The notes under the pieces were generated by a model that saw only the letters and a list, made by a program, of their open reading frames with translations, did no database searches and was not told the DNA's origin. DNA of 64,000 nucleotides from Candidatus Gastranaerophilales bacterium (GTDB lineage Bacteria; Cyanobacteriota; Vampirovibrionia; Gastranaerophilales; Gastranaerophilaceae), in contig CALUQG010000004.1 of NCBI GenBank assembly GCA_944322855.1, positions 30,013 to 94,012 of the forward strand, read 5' to 3'. Positions 50,735-58,982 of this stretch are shown here, in pieces. Position numbers and translations under genes: made by a program. Position 1 is the first letter of the stretch. The number at the start of each line of letters is the position of its first letter.

Positions 50735-52144
50735 ATGTATAAAAGGCTATGCACAAAAAATATTTTGAATATAGTTATACTGGCAGTTTATGCGGTTTTT
50801 ACTTTTGTAATGCTTTTACACCATGAAATCTGGGCTGACGAAGCACAGGTCTGGCTTGTTGTAAGAGATTTATCTCCTGTGGGGATTTTTGAACATGTCA
50901 GAACGGAAGGGCATCCGCTTTTGTGGTATCTGATGGTTTTTCCGTTTGCAAAAATATTACATTTTTCAAATGCGATATTTTCTATGCAGCTATTGAACTG
51001 GCTAATTGTTCTGGCAGGTATGGCTGTTTTGTTTTTTAAATCACCTTTTAATATATATGTAAAATCTTCGATACTTTTGAGTTCAGGTTTTTTATACTGG
51101 TTCCCTTTAAATGCAAGAAGTTATTGCCTCATACCTTTTTTGATTTTTCTTCTTGGAGGAATTTATAACAGAAGAAAAGAAAATCCGGTAATATACGGTT
51201 TATTGATTATTCTTCTGGCAAATACTCACATAATAGTGTTCGGATTTTGCAGTGCTCTTGCTATGCTGTTTGCTTATGAGAGTATAAAATCAAGAAATAA
51301 AAAAGCTATTGTATCTGCAAGCATTGTTTTATTATCATTACTAAGTATTGTTTTATATCTTTTCGGCGCTCAAAATGAGAATTTTGTTGTAAAAGATTAT
51401 TCAAAAACCGTTGATTTAGCATATATTAAAGCAATTTATTCAAAAGTAATATTTTATTTACATGGATTTGTAAATATTTTTAATACGCTTTTAATCAGTT
51501 TATTTCTAATCTTTTGTGGTGTAATATTTTTTGTAAAAAATAAAAAAATATTCTTTATTTATGTTTTCACTCTTTTATACCAGTTTTCAATATATGTTTT
51601 TGTGTGGGGAATATTATCACAAAGAGCATATATTCTTCTGCTTGTGATTATCTTTTGTTTTCAGGTAATATATAGAGAAATTGAAAGACCTGTAATAAAA
51701 AATATTATAACTGTTATGCTTGTATCAGTTTTTTTATTTTCATTTCCGGAAGCAATCAGATTATTAAAACAGGATTATCTCTATGAATTTTCAGGCGGAA
51801 GAAAAACAGCGGAATTTATAAAAAAGAATATTCCTCAAGATGCTTTTATTGTTACAAATTATCCGATTACTACAGTGTCAATAAGTGTTTACCTACCCAA
51901 AAACAAATGGAAATTTTATTATGACGGCTACAATGATTTTTATACATATGCAGCATGGAACAAAGTTTCTATGAATTCTCAAGCACCGGTGAATATAATA
52001 AAACATCTGCAACAGCACAAATTGATTTATATAATTTTAAGTGCAGGCTCTTTCTATCAAGATTTAAAACCCGTTTATGAATCAAACAGCACTGTGTTTA
52101 CAAATCAAGAAAAGTTCAGAATTTACAAATTAGAAGGATTTTAG
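50735..52144 (+). CDS. Polytopic membrane protein with acidic first-loop motif (GT-C-like candidate)
   Basis: The motif LLHHEIWADEAQVWLV follows directly after TM1. About 11 TM segments are present. It is a paralogue of the next gene. Confidence 0.5.
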   Translation: MYKRLCTKNILNIVILAVYAVFTFVMLLHHEIWADEAQVWLVVRDLSPVGIFEHVRTEGHPLLWYLMVFPFAKILHFSNAIFSMQLLNWLIVLAGMAVLFFKSPFNIYVKSSILLSSGFLYWFPLNARSYCLIPFLIFLLGGIYNRRKENPVIYGLLIILLANTHIIVFGFCSALAMLFAYESIKSRNKKAIVSASIVLLSLLSIVLYLFGAQNENFVVKDYSKTVDLAYIKAIYSKVIFYLHGFVNIFNTLLISLFLIFCGVIFFVKNKKIFFIYVFTLLYQFSIYVFVWGILSQRAYILLLVIIFCFQVIYREIERPVIKNIITVMLVSVFLFSFPEAIRLLKQDYLYEFSGGRKTAEFIKKNIPQDAFIVTNYPITTVSISVYLPKNKWKFYYDGYNDFYTYAAWNKVSMNSQAPVNIIKHLQQHKLIYIILSAGSFYQDLKPVYESNSTVFTNQEKFRIYKLEGF

Positions 52145-52147
52145 TAT

Positions 52148-53677
52148 ATGATTTTATTGAAAAAAAATCTTTTATTAAATATATTATTAACTTTTTTGTA
52201 TGCATTAGTAACATTAATTTTTGTGTTGCACCATGAGATATGGGCTGATGAAGCACAGGTCTGGCTTCTGGCAAAGAATTTGTCCGTATTTGAATTGTTT
52301 AAGCATCTTGTCAATGAAGGTCATCCGTCATTTTTCTACCTCCTTGTAATGCCTTTTGCAAAAGTGTTTTCACCGATTTTTGGCGCAAATGCAATTATTT
52401 CTATGCAGCTTATATGCTGGCTCGCTTCTGTGGGAGCTGTATTTTTTATATTACAGTTTTCTCCGTTCAATAATTTTTTGAAAACAGCAATAATTCTAAG
52501 CTCTGGTTTTTTATATTTTTTTCCTGTCATTGCAAGAAGCTATTCAATCTTGCCCATATTGATTTTTGCATGTGCAATTCTTTATAAAAAAATAAAAGAA
52601 AATCCAAAATTATATGCTATTCCATACGCAATAGTTCTGGCATTATGTGCAAATACACATGTGATAACATTCATGTTTGTATTTTTGCTTGGAATATTCT
52701 TTGTCTATGACTCTTGTGTTAAAGAAAAAATCATCACAAAACAAAATATCATTGCGGCATTAATTATATTTTTGAGCCTTGCGGCAGTTGTAATACAGCT
52801 TTTGGGAACATTTTCTCAAAATGGTTCTATAAGATTTGATATACATAATTTGTGGACAGAAACAACAAAAACTTTCAGTCTCTTCTTTTTAAATTCTGTC
52901 GGTCTGGTGTATAAAAGTATGTTTGACAAAATGCATGTGACTTTTGTCGCTGCATCGGCTGCAATAACAATGTTTTTTATTTTTGTTTTGCTTTTTGTAC
53001 AGCTGTGGTTTACGCAAAAAAGAATGGCTTTTTTAGCCTTTTTATCAATAGGATTTCAATTTTTTATCTATATTACAAGCTACAAAGCAATGTTATATCA
53101 AACAAGGATTTTTTCGGCTTATATAATACTGATTTTTTGCTTCTGGATTGCTTTTCAGGATGAAAGATTTAAAGAAAGTGTCAAAATATTCGGCAAAAAA
53201 TCTTTGAATATGACACTGGGTATATTCTTTCTGATGACATTTTTTTGCGGCTTACATGCAGTGTTTCTGGATATGATGTTTAACTATTCATCTGCAAAAC
53301 AAACAGCGGACTTTTTAGAAAGAAATATTTCGAAAGAAGCTGTAGTATTCCCGAATATAGACGCTTTCGGCCTTGCTGTATATGCTTTTGCCCCTGATGT
53401 AAGATTTTTTAGTATATATAAAGACAAAGATATAAAATACATGCAGTGGTATACCCCCGGTGTATATCCTGACAGTGTTTTTTCACATATGGTTGAAACA
53501 AAAATCAAGGAAAATAAGTTTAAAAAAACATATATTCTTGTTTCATCTGTAATGAATGTTCAACATCTTGAAAAAACAATTCCGGATAAATATAAACTTG
53601 TATTCAAATCAAATCCTTCAATTGCCACGGGCGAGGCTTTCAGGGTTTATGAGTATACTGAAGGTAATAAAAAATGA
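52148..53677 (+). CDS. Polytopic membrane protein, paralogue of 50735..52144
   Basis: The motif VLHHEIWADEAQVWLL is identical. The N-terminal ~180 aa are colinear (EGHP..FYL.V.PFAK, ILSSGFLY.FP..ARSY). The stop is TGA. Confidence 0.5.
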   Translation: MILLKKNLLLNILLTFLYALVTLIFVLHHEIWADEAQVWLLAKNLSVFELFKHLVNEGHPSFFYLLVMPFAKVFSPIFGANAIISMQLICWLASVGAVFFILQFSPFNNFLKTAIILSSGFLYFFPVIARSYSILPILIFACAILYKKIKENPKLYAIPYAIVLALCANTHVITFMFVFLLGIFFVYDSCVKEKIITKQNIIAALIIFLSLAAVVIQLLGTFSQNGSIRFDIHNLWTETTKTFSLFFLNSVGLVYKSMFDKMHVTFVAASAAITMFFIFVLLFVQLWFTQKRMAFLAFLSIGFQFFIYITSYKAMLYQTRIFSAYIILIFCFWIAFQDERFKESVKIFGKKSLNMTLGIFFLMTFFCGLHAVFLDMMFNYSSAKQTADFLERNISKEAVVFPNIDAFGLAVYAFAPDVRFFSIYKDKDIKYMQWYTPGVYPDSVFSHMVETKIKENKFKKTYILVSSVMNVQHLEKTIPDKYKLVFKSNPSIATGEAFRVYEYTEGNKK

Positions 53678-53680
53678 TAC

Positions 53681-54391
53681 CTATTCAAAGAATTGTGAAA
53701 AGACTTTGTAGTAGAGGAATAATGCAAATAGTATCAAGATGATACCGCTTATTTTAGTCAAAATGTCTGTATATCTGGCAAATGAAGACAGATTTTTCAA
53801 AACAGACGTAAAAAGTCCAGCAACAAGAATAATCATTCCCTGCCCGAGAGAAAACAAGAACAACATTAAAGCCGCATAAGCGATGTTCGCTGTCATAGAA
53901 GCAGCTGCCATAATTCCGGCAAGTATAGGTGTAGAGCAGGGAGTAGTTGCAAAAGCAAAAACAAGACCCAGTATAAACGGATAAATGATAGAATTATGTT
54001 TTTCGCTTTGAGGAAATTTTTTCACAAATACCGGAAAATTTATCTCAAGCAGCCCGATTAGATTTAAACCGAAAATCAGAATAAGAGAAGTCAGAGCAAG
54101 AACAAAATAGACTCTTTTTCCTGCACCGAAGACTTGTCCTGTCATAGCTGCAATGATACCGATTACGGTAAGAGTAACAGCCAGACCAAGTATGAAAAAT
54201 AGTATTTGTATAAAAGATTTTGATGTTTTTTGTTCCGGTGATGCACCTATATAACTGACAACTACTGGGAGCATACCAATTCCGCATGGTGAAAGAGACG
54301 CAACTATACCTCCCAAAAAGCATAAAATCAGTATTACAAATGAAAATTCTTCCCTGACATGAGTCTGAAAAAAAGTAATAAAATTGTTCAT
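53681..54391 (-). CDS. ccdA: Cytochrome c-type biogenesis / thiol-disulfide electron transporter CcdA (DsbD family)
   Basis: There are six TM segments, with SLSPCGIGMLPVV and TTPCSTPILAGI Cys motifs. Confidence 0.8.
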   Translation of the reverse strand: MNNFITFFQTHVREEFSFVILILCFLGGIVASLSPCGIGMLPVVVSYIGASPEQKTSKSFIQILFFILGLAVTLTVIGIIAAMTGQVFGAGKRVYFVLALTSLILIFGLNLIGLLEINFPVFVKKFPQSEKHNSIIYPFILGLVFAFATTPCSTPILAGIMAAASMTANIAYAALMLFLFSLGQGMIILVAGLFTSVLKNLSSFARYTDILTKISGIILILFALFLYYKVFSQFFE

Positions 54392-54410
54392 CTGTCAAAA
54401 ATCCTGTGAA

Positions 54411-54812
54411 TTATTTTACAAGTTCATTTAAAATATGTTCCAGCTGTTCTTTAGCCAGACAACCTTCTGTTTTTTTGTAAACAGAGCCGTCTTTTTTGAT
54501 AAATACCATTGTCGGGACAAGAGTTACATTATATTTTTTGACCATTGCCTGAGAAACACTGTCTGAAGCCTGTCCGTCAATATTTTGATAAGTTACTCTG
54601 TCAGAATATTTTGGCATAACTTCTTTTACAACGGAATCGAGTTTTTTGCAGTCCAAACACATCGGAGAATAAAATTTCATAACAACCGGTTTGGACATAC
54701 TTTGAAGCGCCTGTGCTTCAAATGCTGCTTTGTTTGCCGCATTTTTGTCAAGAGCATAATAAGCAACAACCGGAATAACAAGTATGGCCAGAGCAATAAT
54801 CCAATTTCTCAT
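54411..54812 (-). CDS. Membrane-anchored thioredoxin-like protein
   Basis: An N-terminal TM anchor is followed by a thioredoxin fold with CxxC (FYSPMCLDCKKL). It lies upstream of ccdA on the same strand. Confidence 0.75.
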   Translation of the reverse strand: MRNWIIALAILVIPVVAYYALDKNAANKAAFEAQALQSMSKPVVMKFYSPMCLDCKKLDSVVKEVMPKYSDRVTYQNIDGQASDSVSQAMVKKYNVTLVPTMVFIKKDGSVYKKTEGCLAKEQLEHILNELVK

Positions 54813-54932
54813 AAAATTCTCCTTATTTTCTATTTAACTATACCATACAATAATTTTTCTGTATTGCTATTGGTAATTTGAGCTAATTTAACTGATTATT
54901 TAATAAATTAAAAATAATAGATAAAGAACTAT

Positions 54933-54961
54933 TTGTAAAAAACGAATTTTTTTGCTAATAT
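54933..54961 (+). promoter_or_regulatory. Candidate sigma-70 promoter for tRNA-Ser copy 1
   Basis: TTGTAA (54933-38), a 17-nt spacer, then TAATAT (54956-61). The tRNA starts 26 nt further on. Confidence 0.4.
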
Positions 54962-54986
54962 GAACATACCTTGAAATCAAAACTAT

Positions 54987-55076
54987 GGAAAAGTGGCCGA
55001 GTAGGCTGAAGGCGGCACCCTGCTAAGGTGTTAGGTGGAGTAATCTGCCTCGAGGGTTCGAATCCCTCCTTTTCCG
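54987..55076 (+). tRNA. tRNA-Ser (anticodon GCU), copy 1
   Basis: The acceptor GGAAAAG/CUUUUCC is fully Watson-Crick. D-stem is GCC/GGC. Anticodon arm is GCACC-CUGCUAA-GGUGU. There is a long variable arm and a T-arm GAGGG-UUCGAAU-CCCUC. Length is 90 nt. Confidence 0.9.
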
Positions 55077-55082
55077 ATTTTT

Positions 55083-55114
55083 AATCCACCCTCAACAGAA
55101 AGGTGGATTTTTTA
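55083..55114 (+). terminator. Rho-independent terminator after tRNA-Ser copy 1
   Basis: ATCCACC-ctcaacagaaa-GGTGGAT followed by TTTTT. Confidence 0.8.
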
Positions 55115-55253
55115 ATGGTTTTTGTTGTATTAAATGTACTTTTTTGAGTAATTTGGTATGGTTTGACAGACATTACAGGAATTTGATTTTTTGAACTAAT
55201 AGGGCTGTGTTTCAAATATATCTTGATTTTTTAGTCGGAAATCACTAAAAATG

Positions 55254-55392
55254 AAATTCCTGAACTGGCAAAAAAGTCCGATTACTGTCCGTCAATGTCT
55301 AAAACCAAACAGTGGCTCAAAAGCTTAAATGGTGAGAATTTAGACACAGTTTAAGAAATTCCTGAACTGTCTGTCAAATATTCCTGAACTGG
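55254..55392 (+). repeat. Three direct copies of a 13-14 nt motif A[AT]ATTCCTGAACTG
   Basis: Copies are at 55254-55268, 55356-55370 and 55378-55392, in ORF-free DNA. Confidence 0.8.
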
Positions 55393-55418
55393 TTGTTCTT
55401 TTACAACCAGTGTTTTTT
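55389..55418 (+). terminator. Orphan terminator-like hairpin at the breakpoint of the tspO remnant
   Basis: Perfect 8-bp stem CTGGTTGT-tctttt-ACAACCAG followed by TGTTTTTT. No ORF lies upstream of it. Confidence 0.5.
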
Positions 55419-55601
55419 GGGCTTAAAAAGATTTTTTTAGCACTTTTAATTTGCACTCTGTTATGGCTCTCGATAATCTGCTTAATCTTACTGTTTTACA
55501 AACATTCCAAACTTGCCTCTTTACTTTTAGTACCATATTTTCTTTGGACATCTTTTGCATGGTATCTTAATTTTTCACTGTGGATTTTAAACAAAAATTA
55601 A
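55410..55601 (+). pseudogene. tspO: TspO/MBR (tryptophan-rich sensory protein) C-terminal remnant
   Basis: The translation ...QPVFFGLKK...LLWLSI...ASLLLVPYFLWTSFAWYLNFSLWILN matches the last ~2.5 TM helices of TspO (LLxPYxxWxxFAxxLN). The frame is open only back to a TAG at 55341-43, so the N-terminal ~85 aa are missing. Confidence 0.5.
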
Positions 55602-55700
55602 AATATAAAATTTTAAAATTAGTACTTGAAATAATTATTTTATGGCATAGACTTATTATGTAAATAGCAGTTTAACATTAATAACAGATAGCGTAATAGT

Positions 55701-56231
55701 ATGTCATTTATACATAGATTGTGTGAAAGGCTTGGAGAAAACAACAAGCCGATTTATACCGTTTTGGCCGTAGCCTGCGGGAAAGGTACAGTAAGACCTA
55801 TTTTAAGTATCACCGATAAAAAAGAGTCTCCTGATGCTAGAAAATATGCCGCATTGAGAGAATTAATGACGGAATTTATCGGAGTCCCAACAACAATGGC
55901 TCTTGGGTTACTCGGTGAAACTTGTGCAAATTTTATTGCAGGTAAAGGTTCAACAAAACACAAAAACGCAAGTTCTATATTATCGTTCTTGGGTATATGC
56001 CTTGCAGCAGGATATTTTGTTCCAAAATTCTGCAATATAGGAATGCCACCTGTTATGAAGAAATTAATGCCGAACTATGACCCAAATGCAACAAGCAGAT
56101 ACGATAATGCAGTAAAATTAACAAACACTGTAAACAAGCCTCAAAACTTGCAAAATACAACACAAATAAATTATTCAGTATATAAAGTAAGCAAAAATAC
56201 ACCGTATTTTCGCGCGGGAATGAGAGTGTAA
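55701..56231 (+). CDS. Hypothetical small membrane protein (paralogue A)
   Basis: The 176-aa ORF has two hydrophobic segments. It shares K.T.RP...DK....KYAA..E and a C-terminal SSI.S......PVM with the next gene. Confidence 0.5.
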   Translation: MSFIHRLCERLGENNKPIYTVLAVACGKGTVRPILSITDKKESPDARKYAALRELMTEFIGVPTTMALGLLGETCANFIAGKGSTKHKNASSILSFLGICLAAGYFVPKFCNIGMPPVMKKLMPNYDPNATSRYDNAVKLTNTVNKPQNLQNTTQINYSVYKVSKNTPYFRAGMRV

Positions 56232-56234
56232 ATT

Positions 56235-56834
56235 ATGCAAATCACACCATTACAAAAAACATTAATAAACATAAGGAAAACAGCAACAAATCCTAAATTT
56301 GCAGAATTTGCCAGAAACACAGTCTGCGCTATTTCTGTAGAAACCACATTAAAAGCAACAGGCAGACCGGCTTTTATTTACTACGACAAACACGCAAACA
56401 AACAATCAAAAAAATACGCGGCGACAAAAGAATTCTTGTACCAATCATTTTGTCTCGGTTTATATTTAAGCCTAATAAACAAGTTTAAAAACAAAACTTA
56501 CAAAATATTAAGCAAACATTTTGCAGACAAAAACCCCGAAGATAAAAGGAAACTTGAACTTTATGATAATTTCCAAGCAAAAATAAAAGGGGCCAAAGAC
56601 AAAGAAGCAAAAGCTCTATTGGAAAAACAGTTCAACAGACTTTTACATACAAACAAAGACTACCACTTTGGAAAAGGAGTAAAAGAAGTTAGCTCAATTA
56701 TATCAACAGTGATAATCCTTGCTTTGTGCGCACCGATATCATCACAAATCATATTACACCCTGTTATGGATATGATATTTAAAAAGCCATCAAAAAATCA
56801 AAAACAACAAAACAATGTCAAAACAAAAGCATAA
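56235..56834 (+). CDS. Hypothetical small membrane protein (paralogue B)
   Basis: The 199-aa ORF starts 4 nt after paralogue A. It has the same motif order (KATGRPAFIYYDKHANKQSKKYAATKE; SSIISTVIILALCAPISSQIILHPVM). Confidence 0.5.
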   Translation: MQITPLQKTLINIRKTATNPKFAEFARNTVCAISVETTLKATGRPAFIYYDKHANKQSKKYAATKEFLYQSFCLGLYLSLINKFKNKTYKILSKHFADKNPEDKRKLELYDNFQAKIKGAKDKEAKALLEKQFNRLLHTNKDYHFGKGVKEVSSIISTVIILALCAPISSQIILHPVMDMIFKKPSKNQKQQNNVKTKA

Positions 56835-56850
56835 TAATCTGCTAAAAATT

Positions 56851-56878
56851 TTGAGATATGTATTTTTTGTAGTAAAAT
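56851..56878 (+). promoter_or_regulatory. Candidate sigma-70 promoter for tRNA-Ser copy 2
   Basis: TTGAGA (56851-56), a 16-nt spacer, then TAAAAT (56873-78). The tRNA starts at 56889. Confidence 0.5.
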
Positions 56879-56888
56879 CAAAGAAAGA

Positions 56889-56978
56889 GGAGAGGTGTCC
56901 GAGTAGGCTGAAGGCGGCACCCTGCTAAGGTGTTAGGTGGAGTAATCTGCCTCGAGGGTTCGAATCCCTCCTTTTCCG
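56889..56978 (+). tRNA. tRNA-Ser (anticodon GCU), copy 2, with a chimeric-looking 5' end
   Basis: It is identical to copy 1 from nt 11 onward. The 5' end GGAGAGGUGU gives two G-U pairs in the acceptor stem and a U10-C25 mismatch in the D-stem. Confidence 0.8.
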
Positions 56979-56984
56979 ATTTTT

Positions 56985-57016
56985 AATCCACCCTCAACAG
57001 AAAGGTGGATTTTTTA
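56985..57016 (+). terminator. Rho-independent terminator after tRNA-Ser copy 2 (identical to 55083-55114)
   Basis: It lies within the 142-bp perfect duplication. Confidence 0.8.
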
Positions 57017-57101
57017 ATGGTTTTTGTTGTATTAAATGTATTTTAATGTCCAGTTCGTTGTTGTACTTTTTTGAGTGATTTAGTCGGAAGTGAATCAAAT
57101 A

Positions 57102-57311
57102 TCGGTTGGGCATATTCGCTCAACGACACTAAATATTAGCCGTCGGAAGTTGTTTGATTATACCAAAATCAAACTGGACGAAAACGGACTTTATTAGGAC
57201 ATAAAGTTACAAAGAATATTTTGAAATTAGGCTGAAACTAAACAAAAATCAAAGAAAATCCCGATTCCCAATAATGTCCAGTTTTATCGTTGGGCAGGTA
57301 TGCCCAACCGA
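57102..57311. repeat. MITE/REP-like element, copy A (~210 bp) with palindromic inverted termini
   Basis: The left end is TCGGTTGGGCATATTCGCTCAACGA. The right end reads TCGGTTGGGCATACCTGCCCAACGA on the other strand. No ORF lies inside. Confidence 0.65.
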
Positions 57312-57389
57312 TATTCCTTACGGTACTTTACTTTGGATGAAAAAAAATAAGATATGCCGAACAGCAAACCCCATTATCAAACCAAATTA

Positions 57390-58796
57390 TTATCCATATA
57401 AAATTGGTATCTCGTATCTTTCTGCAAATTTAGCAATATTTTCTGTGATTTCATAACCTTTAGGCAAATAAATACCTTCTATATTTGGACGCATAATGCC
57501 TTCAAACATTTTCTCTTTACTAGTTATAGTGGAGATTGCTTCATATAATTCATTATCCAATTTTTCGACATCTTCTATATATTTGACATTGCCTAATTTT
57601 TGAATTCTTTGATTATATTCATCAAGACTTATATTCATTTTTTTTCGAATCAAATTCGGGATATAATTATTAGCTTCATTTTCAGCTTGTAAAAAAAGAT
57701 TCTGTATATTATACAAATTTTTCTGTGCACCATAACCTGATGACATATCTCCTTTAGCTTGAATCATTAGATCTTTTGTTGATTTAGGCGAGATAATTAG
57801 TCCAATTCGATTTCCCCCTTTTAAATATCCGATTCCGCCTTTATAGCCCGTGCATAGTATTGCATTTGGATCTGTTAACAAGAGTCCTTCCAGACGTGAT
57901 AAATTCGCCTCATCCAAATTATGAATCATGTACTTCCCTGAGGCTGGCAATTCTCCGGTTTGAATTGAGAAGCCATGAGAGATTGTTGTATTCGTGGGGA
58001 TTGTTGCTAAAGAATTAGTTAATGGCGGTTTTATATCCAGTATACAACCGCTATTTATTTTTAATGGACTATTGGGTAAAAATTTCTTACCTCTTGGGAT
58101 TTGTTCTAATAAAGAATTTAAAATTCTATCATAAGTCGTTTCGACAGCTTTTTCATAAGCGTTTTTGCTTTGTAGATATGTCTTATAAGCAGTCTTATCA
58201 AACATATCTTTTGGCATTTGCGGGCTTTTTAAATCCTTTATATCCCTAAAAATAGCAATATCTGGTAAGTTTTCGACAAAGTTTTTATTACCGCCTCGAT
58301 AATTAATTGAAATAAATGAATTTATAAAACTTTTTTTATCTTCTATTGATAAATTCTTGAAGTTTTCCAGATTAACATCTTTAATTTTATCAAAATCTTT
58401 AAATTCAAGGCTATGTATTAGTTTTTCGTTTAAGGCTTCTTTTGATTTGATAAATTTTCCGATAGTTTCCGCAGAATGCCCTCTGCGTTTCACAACGTCA
58501 AGAAATCTTAGATATAAATTTGTTCCAATATCACTTTCTTGAATAAATTGTCTCGTTAAATTTAACGAATTTTCATTTAATAACCCTAAAACAACCTTTT
58601 GATCTCTCAAGTCGCTAAAAGTATTAATAATATGAGAGATTTCATTTGTTTTAATGCAATGACTTGCTGTTGGAATATATTTCAGCCCAACAGTATTAAC
58701 ATTTACAGGTCTTGTCGCAAGCAAACTTTTACCACCTGTCCGAGTCCAGGCAATAATTTCTTTGCCGATAGTTGTTCCAATCTTTTCTAATCCCAT
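57390..58796 (-). CDS. Hypothetical 468-aa protein (orphan)
   Basis: This is a long ORF with no recognised motif and no signal peptide. It is flanked by the two MITE-like copies. Confidence 0.5.
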   Translation of the reverse strand: MGLEKIGTTIGKEIIAWTRTGGKSLLATRPVNVNTVGLKYIPTASHCIKTNEISHIINTFSDLRDQKVVLGLLNENSLNLTRQFIQESDIGTNLYLRFLDVVKRRGHSAETIGKFIKSKEALNEKLIHSLEFKDFDKIKDVNLENFKNLSIEDKKSFINSFISINYRGGNKNFVENLPDIAIFRDIKDLKSPQMPKDMFDKTAYKTYLQSKNAYEKAVETTYDRILNSLLEQIPRGKKFLPNSPLKINSGCILDIKPPLTNSLATIPTNTTISHGFSIQTGELPASGKYMIHNLDEANLSRLEGLLLTDPNAILCTGYKGGIGYLKGGNRIGLIISPKSTKDLMIQAKGDMSSGYGAQKNLYNIQNLFLQAENEANNYIPNLIRKKMNISLDEYNQRIQKLGNVKYIEDVEKLDNELYEAISTITSKEKMFEGIMRPNIEGIYLPKGYEITENIAKFAERYEIPILYG

Positions 58797-58982
58797 AAAA
58801 ATATCTTTTATTTCCCCTAGTATTTATATAAAGTATTATCCTTTTCAAAAATTGCATAGAGATTACAAAATATTACAAAATGTATAACCTTTACCCACAC
58901 AGGAACAACAAAAAATAGTCAAACTATCTGTAACAAATAATCAAACCTTGTGTTCCTTTACAGTTGTCTATAGAATAAATTG

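Noticed and set aside
54045-54398. A 117-aa alternative-frame ORF on the same strand as ccdA.
   Set aside because: It is entirely nested in the confident ccdA frame, is Cys/Arg/Ser-rich and has no domain features.
54987-57040. The duplicated tRNA-Ser might mark a classical integrase-borne genomic island or prophage.
   Set aside because: No integrase, recombinase, excisionase or phage gene lies in or near the bracketed DNA. Both tRNA copies are full length rather than one being a 3' fragment. I therefore report it as an unexplained duplication, not as a defined mobile element.
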